DNA of 32,000 nucleotides from an uncultured Pseudomonadales bacterium. GTDB lineage: Bacteria; Pseudomonadota; Gammaproteobacteria; Pseudomonadales; Porticoccaceae. The notes under the pieces were generated by a model. That model was not told the origin of the DNA. It ran no database searches and was given only the letters and a program-made list of their open reading frames with translations. Positions within the stretch are counted from its first letter, which is position 1. Each line of letters opens with the position of its first letter. The position numbers and the translations under genes are program-made. Positions 27,771 through 32,000 of the stretch are shown here, one piece after another. The stretch covers positions 270,965 to 302,964 of the forward strand of contig CALSOE010000001.1 of NCBI GenBank assembly GCA_943787895.1, in the 5' to 3' direction.

Positions 27771-28244
27771 CTAAGCCATTTTAATCGTAATTACAATCAA
27801 AATTATAATGAGGACAATCAAGTAAGGTTCCATTTTGCGAGCATGCCGGTCTGCAGCCCCTTCGACACTATCAACTAGATCTCTTACCTTAACCTTCTGG
27901 GGAGAAGCCTCTTTAGCCCTTGATGCTCCTTGGGGTTGTCCTGCTAGACTCTGAGAGTCAGCACTAATGTTTCCTCCCATTAAGAAGGAGGAAACAATAA
28001 CAATAGCAACCAGATCAATAACTAGCCAAACCTCTCGACTTAACCACAGAGGAAACACAGGGTTAAAAATAACGCCCACTATAATTAACCAAATATAACT
28101 TGCGGGCTTTTCGTCAGATCTATATATATGAAATCCAATAGACAAAAAGATCACCCAACGAGACAAACTATAAAAACCAAGTGGTAGTGGCACAAGCGAA
28201 AGTGCCAAGAAGACCGCCGCTAGCTTCAATCCGTTTGTGTTCAC
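27771..28244 (-). CDS. Small integral membrane protein (resembles the DUF6804-type family)
   Basis: 157 aa with a GTG start. Has 4 TM-like segments (..SRWVIFLSIGFHIY...WLIIVGVIFNPVFPLWLSREVWLVIDLVAIVIV). The family assignment is from memory only. Confidence 0.45.
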   Translation of the reverse strand: MNTNGLKLAAVFLALSLVPLPLGFYSLSRWVIFLSIGFHIYRSDEKPASYIWLIIVGVIFNPVFPLWLSREVWLVIDLVAIVIVSSFLMGGNISADSQSLAGQPQGASRAKEASPQKVKVRDLVDSVEGAADRHARKMEPYLIVLIIILIVITIKMA

Positions 28245-28408
28245 TACTTACTAATCCTATTCCAAGTTATGACCGCACAAACTAACCCAACAACGGCCCC
28301 AATCATGCTTACTTGAGCCTGAGGAACTCCTGCTATCTGCAAAATAATAACTACCAGCATCAAGCCAACTATATACGCGCCTATTGAACCTAGAATCTTA
28401 GTAAGCAT
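28244..28408 (-). CDS. Possible small membrane protein (~54 aa), translationally coupled to 27771-28244
   Basis: Not in the ORF track because it is under 60 aa. My translation is MLTKILGSIGAYIVGLMLVVIILQIAGVPQAQVSMIGAVVGLVCAVITWNRISK*. Its TAG stop shares a G with the downstream GTG start (TAGTG). Confidence 0.35.
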   Translation of the reverse strand: MLTKILGSIGAYIVGLMLVVIILQIAGVPQAQVSMIGAVVGLVCAVITWNRISK

Positions 28409-28463
28409 AAAGTGCTCTCTTTTCTATTGTTTATTAACGACAAGACATTACTACATTGCTATG

Positions 28464-28483
28464 TGAAAATAAATAGATAGATA
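28464..28483. repeat. Tetranucleotide microsatellite (TAGA)x5
   Basis: Read directly as tagatagatagatagataga. It is intergenic, 56 nt upstream of the small ORF start at 28408. Confidence 0.9.
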
Positions 28484-28563
28484 GATAGATAGAAGGTTCT
28501 CCAAGACTACTTTAGTACCCCCCAAGAGCTCCCTTCAGACATCACCGACATATAAGGTGGAAA

Positions 28564-29649
28564 TCAAATATCAATCACCACACGTTTAACCAATTCAAGC
28601 GCAGTGTCGATGCCAGTCATATCAGCAAATAAAGTGCCATTGGCCCCCGAATGATGGCCGTGCCCAGCAACTTTCATGATGTACGAGGTTTGCTCATCGT
28701 CTAAATCAATAGCGGCTGAATAAATAACTGATGGCTGACCAGAGGAACCCGAACCGCTGTAAATAGGGTCATCGGGATAGCGATCTTGTGAATAAAACTC
28801 ATTGAAATCGTAAGAGCGATTAATTTCCATCATCACCTTAAATTCACGGTGTTCCGATGCAACCTGACTGCGAACATCATAATTACCCTGAGGCGTTGCA
28901 CCGGTTATGCCGTCTAAATCACTGTTATCGGTTCCCGGCATAACGCCGTTGTCACCGTATGTCACCCCTCGCTGGTGCGCCCAATAAGGTAAGCTTTCTG
29001 GCCTAATCACCGTACTGAAAATATCATCAGCTGAAACGAAGCTGCCATTGCTGACTTTTTGTGTGACATAAATTGTATTGATATAGTTTCCATCTAAGTC
29101 TTCAATCCAAAAGGCCACTTGCGGCACCGAGGTATAGGTAAGGCCTAGAAATAAAGGCTGAGGGTCAGACTCATAGTGAAGACCTTTGCGAAGCTCAATG
29201 GCAATCGGAATACCCTCTGTTCCTACATTGGTGCTTAGGATTTGAAACATTCCCTCTTCGACCGTCATCGATTTTCTTAAGTTTTTTCCAAACTCTAGAA
29301 CTGAGTTAAATGGCGGAATCGAAAGTAACACACCCAGGATAAAGACCAAACTGACTAAGGCACTGGCGCCGACAAAGCGCTTTCCTAAGGGTTGTTTAAT
29401 GTAATTAAAAATGGCTTTAAAATTATTGCGTATATGGAAAACCATTAGGACAATAAACGCTATGGCAAACCAAGTATGTACCCCTGCAATAAATTCGCTA
29501 TAGGGCAGAGCGTAGGACATGATGCCGGTAATTATCATCCCCAATAGAGCGGCAACCAGACTAATACTGACCCAAGATCGTTTATTAGGCTTTGGCCTTA
29601 CCGCTTTCTTCGTTTCAATAGCAATAGACTCAACAGATGTTGTATTCAT
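28564..29649 (-). CDS. Membrane-anchored protein: N-terminal DUF4405-like TM domain plus a periplasmic domain resembling DUF2271
   Basis: 361 aa. The N-terminus has 3-4 TM helices with conserved His (GVHTWFAIAFIVLMVFHIRNN). The C-terminal part has VAFWIEDLDGNYI...ESLPYWAHQRG...DGITGATPQGNY, which is reminiscent of DUF2271 proteins. Assignment is from memory. Confidence 0.5.
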   Translation of the reverse strand: MNTTSVESIAIETKKAVRPKPNKRSWVSISLVAALLGMIITGIMSYALPYSEFIAGVHTWFAIAFIVLMVFHIRNNFKAIFNYIKQPLGKRFVGASALVSLVFILGVLLSIPPFNSVLEFGKNLRKSMTVEEGMFQILSTNVGTEGIPIAIELRKGLHYESDPQPLFLGLTYTSVPQVAFWIEDLDGNYINTIYVTQKVSNGSFVSADDIFSTVIRPESLPYWAHQRGVTYGDNGVMPGTDNSDLDGITGATPQGNYDVRSQVASEHREFKVMMEINRSYDFNEFYSQDRYPDDPIYSGSGSSGQPSVIYSAAIDLDDEQTSYIMKVAGHGHHSGANGTLFADMTGIDTALELVKRVVIDI

Positions 29650-29660
29650 AGTCTGTGCCC

Positions 29661-30107
29661 CTAAACTTGATGATAATCTTCGAATGTACAGCGGAATATA
29701 TGACTAAGCTCATACAGCTTCTGCATATCTTGCATGCTAAATTTTTTGGAAAATTCTTCTAAATTGACATCGATACTTTCAAGAGCATTGTTATGAGAGA
29801 GGCGACCGGCTTTGGTAATTAGAACCGTTTTCTTGCGACTATCACTGCGATGCTCTTCTAACTCGACATAGCCTTTTGTTTTGAGTTGTTTAATAACCTG
29901 GCTCATGGCAGGCAAACTTACATGGGAGTGCTTTGCAATGTCACTGACGGTTTCATGCTGATTAGTGGTGTGAATCAAATGATTGAGTAGTTTAAATTGC
30001 GCAGCGGGTAAATCGGCTGGCAGCCGCTGCTTAAATATGGCGTCTACCCGTTCTTGTACAATTCCAAATTCACGAAATACCGAAGTAGTTAGCTCTAACC
30101 GATTCAT
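29661..30107 (-). CDS. MarR-family transcriptional regulator
   Basis: 148 aa. Winged-helix region LPAAQFKLLNHLIHT..ETVSDIAKHSHVSLPAMSQVIKQLKTKGYVELEEHRSDSRKKTVLITKAG. An 11-nt gap to the downstream gene suggests an operon. Confidence 0.85.
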   Translation of the reverse strand: MNRLELTTSVFREFGIVQERVDAIFKQRLPADLPAAQFKLLNHLIHTTNQHETVSDIAKHSHVSLPAMSQVIKQLKTKGYVELEEHRSDSRKKTVLITKAGRLSHNNALESIDVNLEEFSKKFSMQDMQKLYELSHIFRCTFEDYHQV

Positions 30108-30247
30108 ATAGTTAACTGCATTAATAATTAAGTTACTTAACTATATATCCTCAGGCTTGAGATTGCAATTATCGCCTGGAATGAGCCTTTGGAAATAAAC
30201 CGGAGGGGTCATGGGTGTTGCTAATGCCTGCCCAAAGTAAACACGGG

Positions 30248-30378
30248 TCTCCAGGGCACCATCAAGTGCTAATGAACAACTTCGGCAGTACAGTCCCTTT
30301 AAGCGCACTAAATGCCAGCCGGGACTTGAACTGTCGCTAGGATAGCAAAAACAGCCCACGACAGAGTTTTGACGAAGA
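30248..30378 (+). repeat. Third, degenerate copy of the tRNA-Leu 3' end plus trailer repeat
   Basis: tctccagggcacca (30248-30261) matches the tRNA 3' end tctcctgggcacca (25410-25423) at 13 of 14 positions. It continues tcaagtgctaatgaacaacttcggcagtac..taagcgcactaaatgccagccgggacttgaac...cagcccacgacagagttttgacgaag, paralleling units 1 and 2. It lacks their terminator half. Confidence 0.75.
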
Positions 30379-30515
30379 ACAGCGTCCAATAATCCCACCC
30401 AGCTCAGCGCAAAATTCACTTCACCCTATCCTTAATACCTTCAACCTCAAACCGATTGGATTACTCAAGCCAATAGATCAAGATTGTCGCCTTATAACTC
30501 AAGGGGTCGCAGCTG

Positions 30516-32000
30516 GTGTCTAACAAATCAAATAACAATGACAAATCAGTCGTTAACGCAAAGTCCTTTCGACGCGCCTTAGCAATGCTATTTATCACCA
30601 CAACACTGAGTGCCTGCGGTGGTGGCGGTGGCGGTGGCGGTGGCGGTGGCGTGGCAGTGGCAGTGGCGATGATGGCGGCTCAAGCACCGACCCTGTTACA
30701 CCGCCCGTGACCCCCACCGCCCCGGCAAACCAAATACCCTCAGCCGTGGCTGACAGTTTTAACACCAACCAAAACACCACCGTAACCGCTAATCTTGCGA
30801 CCAACGATTCAGGTCTTGGGGACAGCCCGGTGACCTTTAGTATTGAGACGGCCTCCAGTAACGGTACCGTAACAATCACCGAAAACGGCACTGCAACCTA
30901 TATTCCAAACACCGACTTTAGTGGTGACGATAGCTTTGCCTACAGGGTTATCGACACCGATGGCGATCAATCCACAGCCGTAGCTTCTATTACCATTATT
31001 GCCAACAACAGCCCCTTCTCATGGCCTCAAATCAGCAGCGATGTTACCGACAATGTGGACGGGATTGTCAGCTTAGTGCTGGCCGAGATGACCACGGCTG
31101 AAAAAGTCGGGCAGATGGTACAGGCGGAAATTAGTCACATTAGCCCCGCTCAGGTCGGTGAGTTTAATCTCGGCTCGGTACTCAATGGCGGCGGTACTTG
31201 GCCCAGTGGCAAGAACTCTAGCATTGCCAGCTGGGTTGCCCTTGCGGACAGTTTTTACGACGCCAGCACCGATGTTAGCGACGGTGGCGTGGGTATTCCG
31301 ATTATCTGGGGTACCGATGCCGTTCACGGCCATAACAATGTTATTGGCGCGACTATTTTTCCTCACAATATCGGCCTTGGGGCGATGAACAATGCCCCGC
31401 TGATGCGTCAGATCGGCGAAGCCACCGCGCTTGAAGTGGCGGTGACCGGTATTGATTGGGTATTTGCTCCGACTCTCGCGGTTGTGCGCAATGACAGATG
31501 GGGTAGAACCTATGAAAGCTATTCCGAAGACCCAGAAATCGTTAAAGCCTATGCTGGTGAAGTGGTTATCGGTCTCCAGGGTGACGACACAGACCGTTTT
31601 GGTGCTGCTCATGTGATTGCCACGGCGAAACATTTTATCGGTGATGGCGGTACCCAGAACGGTATAGATCAAGGCAATACGGTGGTGAGTGAAATCGAAT
31701 TGCGGGATATCCATGCCCAGGGCTATTTGTCAGCACTGGCTGCTGGCGCGCAAACGGTGATGGCCTCTTACAACAGTTGGAATGGCTCAAAACTGCATGG
31801 CAATGAATATTTGCTCACCGAGGTATTAAAACAAACCATGGGCTTCGATGGCTTTGTTATCGGTGACTGGAACGGTCATGGCCAGGTGCCTGGGTGCAGT
31901 GATAGCCAATGTGCCCAGGCAATTATTGCCGGTGTCGATATGATGATGGTGCCGGCTGATTGGCAGGCATTTATTCAAAATACTATCGCTCAGGTGGAAA
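30516..32000 (+). pseudogene. Glycoside hydrolase family 3 beta-glucosidase lipoprotein with a cadherin-like N-terminal domain; frameshifted in a Gly-codon repeat; 3' end beyond the window
   Basis: Frame 0 (30516-30710) encodes the signal and lipobox ...LFITTTLSAC followed by poly-Gly, then runs out of frame to a stop. From ~30650 a different frame reads GSGSGDDGGSSTDPVTPP..., then VADSFNTNQNTTVTANLATNDSG...DSFAYRVIDTDGD (cadherin/VCBS-like). It continues as GH3: AEKVGQMVQAE, NLGSVLNGGG, WGTDAVHGHNNV.GATIFPHNIGLGA and GFVIGDW, open to position 32000. Confidence 0.8.

Noticed and set aside
25424-30247. Calling the tRNA-adjacent interval an integrative element or prophage
   Set aside because: No integrase, excisionase, transposase or phage genes are visible. 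Only the flanking duplication and lower GC support a mobile origin, so it is reported as a hypothesis rather than a mobile_element feature.
30141-30419. 92-aa minus-strand ORF between marR and the GH3 gene
   Set aside because: It lies entirely over the third copy of the tRNA-trailer repeat and has no start context or motif. The region is better explained as non-coding repeat.
30618-30675. (GGTGGC)n tract as a slipped-strand phase-variation switch
   Set aside because: Slippage by the 3- or 6-nt unit keeps the reading frame. The observed disruption needs a 1-nt indel, so a classical repeat-number switch is not supported.
31073-31714. 213-aa minus-strand ORF (and 30595-30891 minus, with RHRHRHRH)
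   Set aside because: Both are antisense to the strongly supported GH3 reading frame. The His/Arg repeat is simply the reverse complement of the GGTGGC Gly-codon tract.

Overview
The window looks like a Gram-negative, probably gammaproteobacterial, chromosome segment, judged from gene content (RfaH, Wza/Wzi/Wzz, a ManB close to the enteric type); the taxon is inferred. Positions ~1-22,600 hold one large minus-strand surface-polysaccharide locus: manB, rfaH, a Wza/KpsD-like exporter, wzi, rmlA-C-D-B and wzz. This is followed by a visibly AT-rich central block (~1,680-11,790) with a cytidylyltransferase-PEP mutase fusion, phosphonopyruvate decarboxylase, an Fe-alcohol dehydrogenase, a TagF-family phosphotransferase, wzy, wzx and a GT2 glycosyltransferase. 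The locus ends in a decayed epimerase and a truncated WecA-like fragment. The main candidate system is the phosphonate cassette, which predicts CMP-activated 2-hydroxyethylphosphonate handed to a TagF-like enzyme, giving a phosphonate-decorated or phosphono-teichoic-like glycan. Many core assembly and export genes (wzz, wza-like, rmlD, wzy, the epimerase, wecA-like) are frameshifted or truncated, while the phosphonate genes are intact. Downstream lie an SLC13/TrkA-C permease, a ComEA-like gene and tRNA-Leu(CAG). These are followed by a tandem ~246-bp structured repeat and a lower-GC ~4.8-kb islet bracketed by a duplicated tRNA 3' end plus trailer. The window ends in a frameshifted GH3 lipoprotein gene that runs off the edge. 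All functional calls come from motif recognition by eye; no searches were run.
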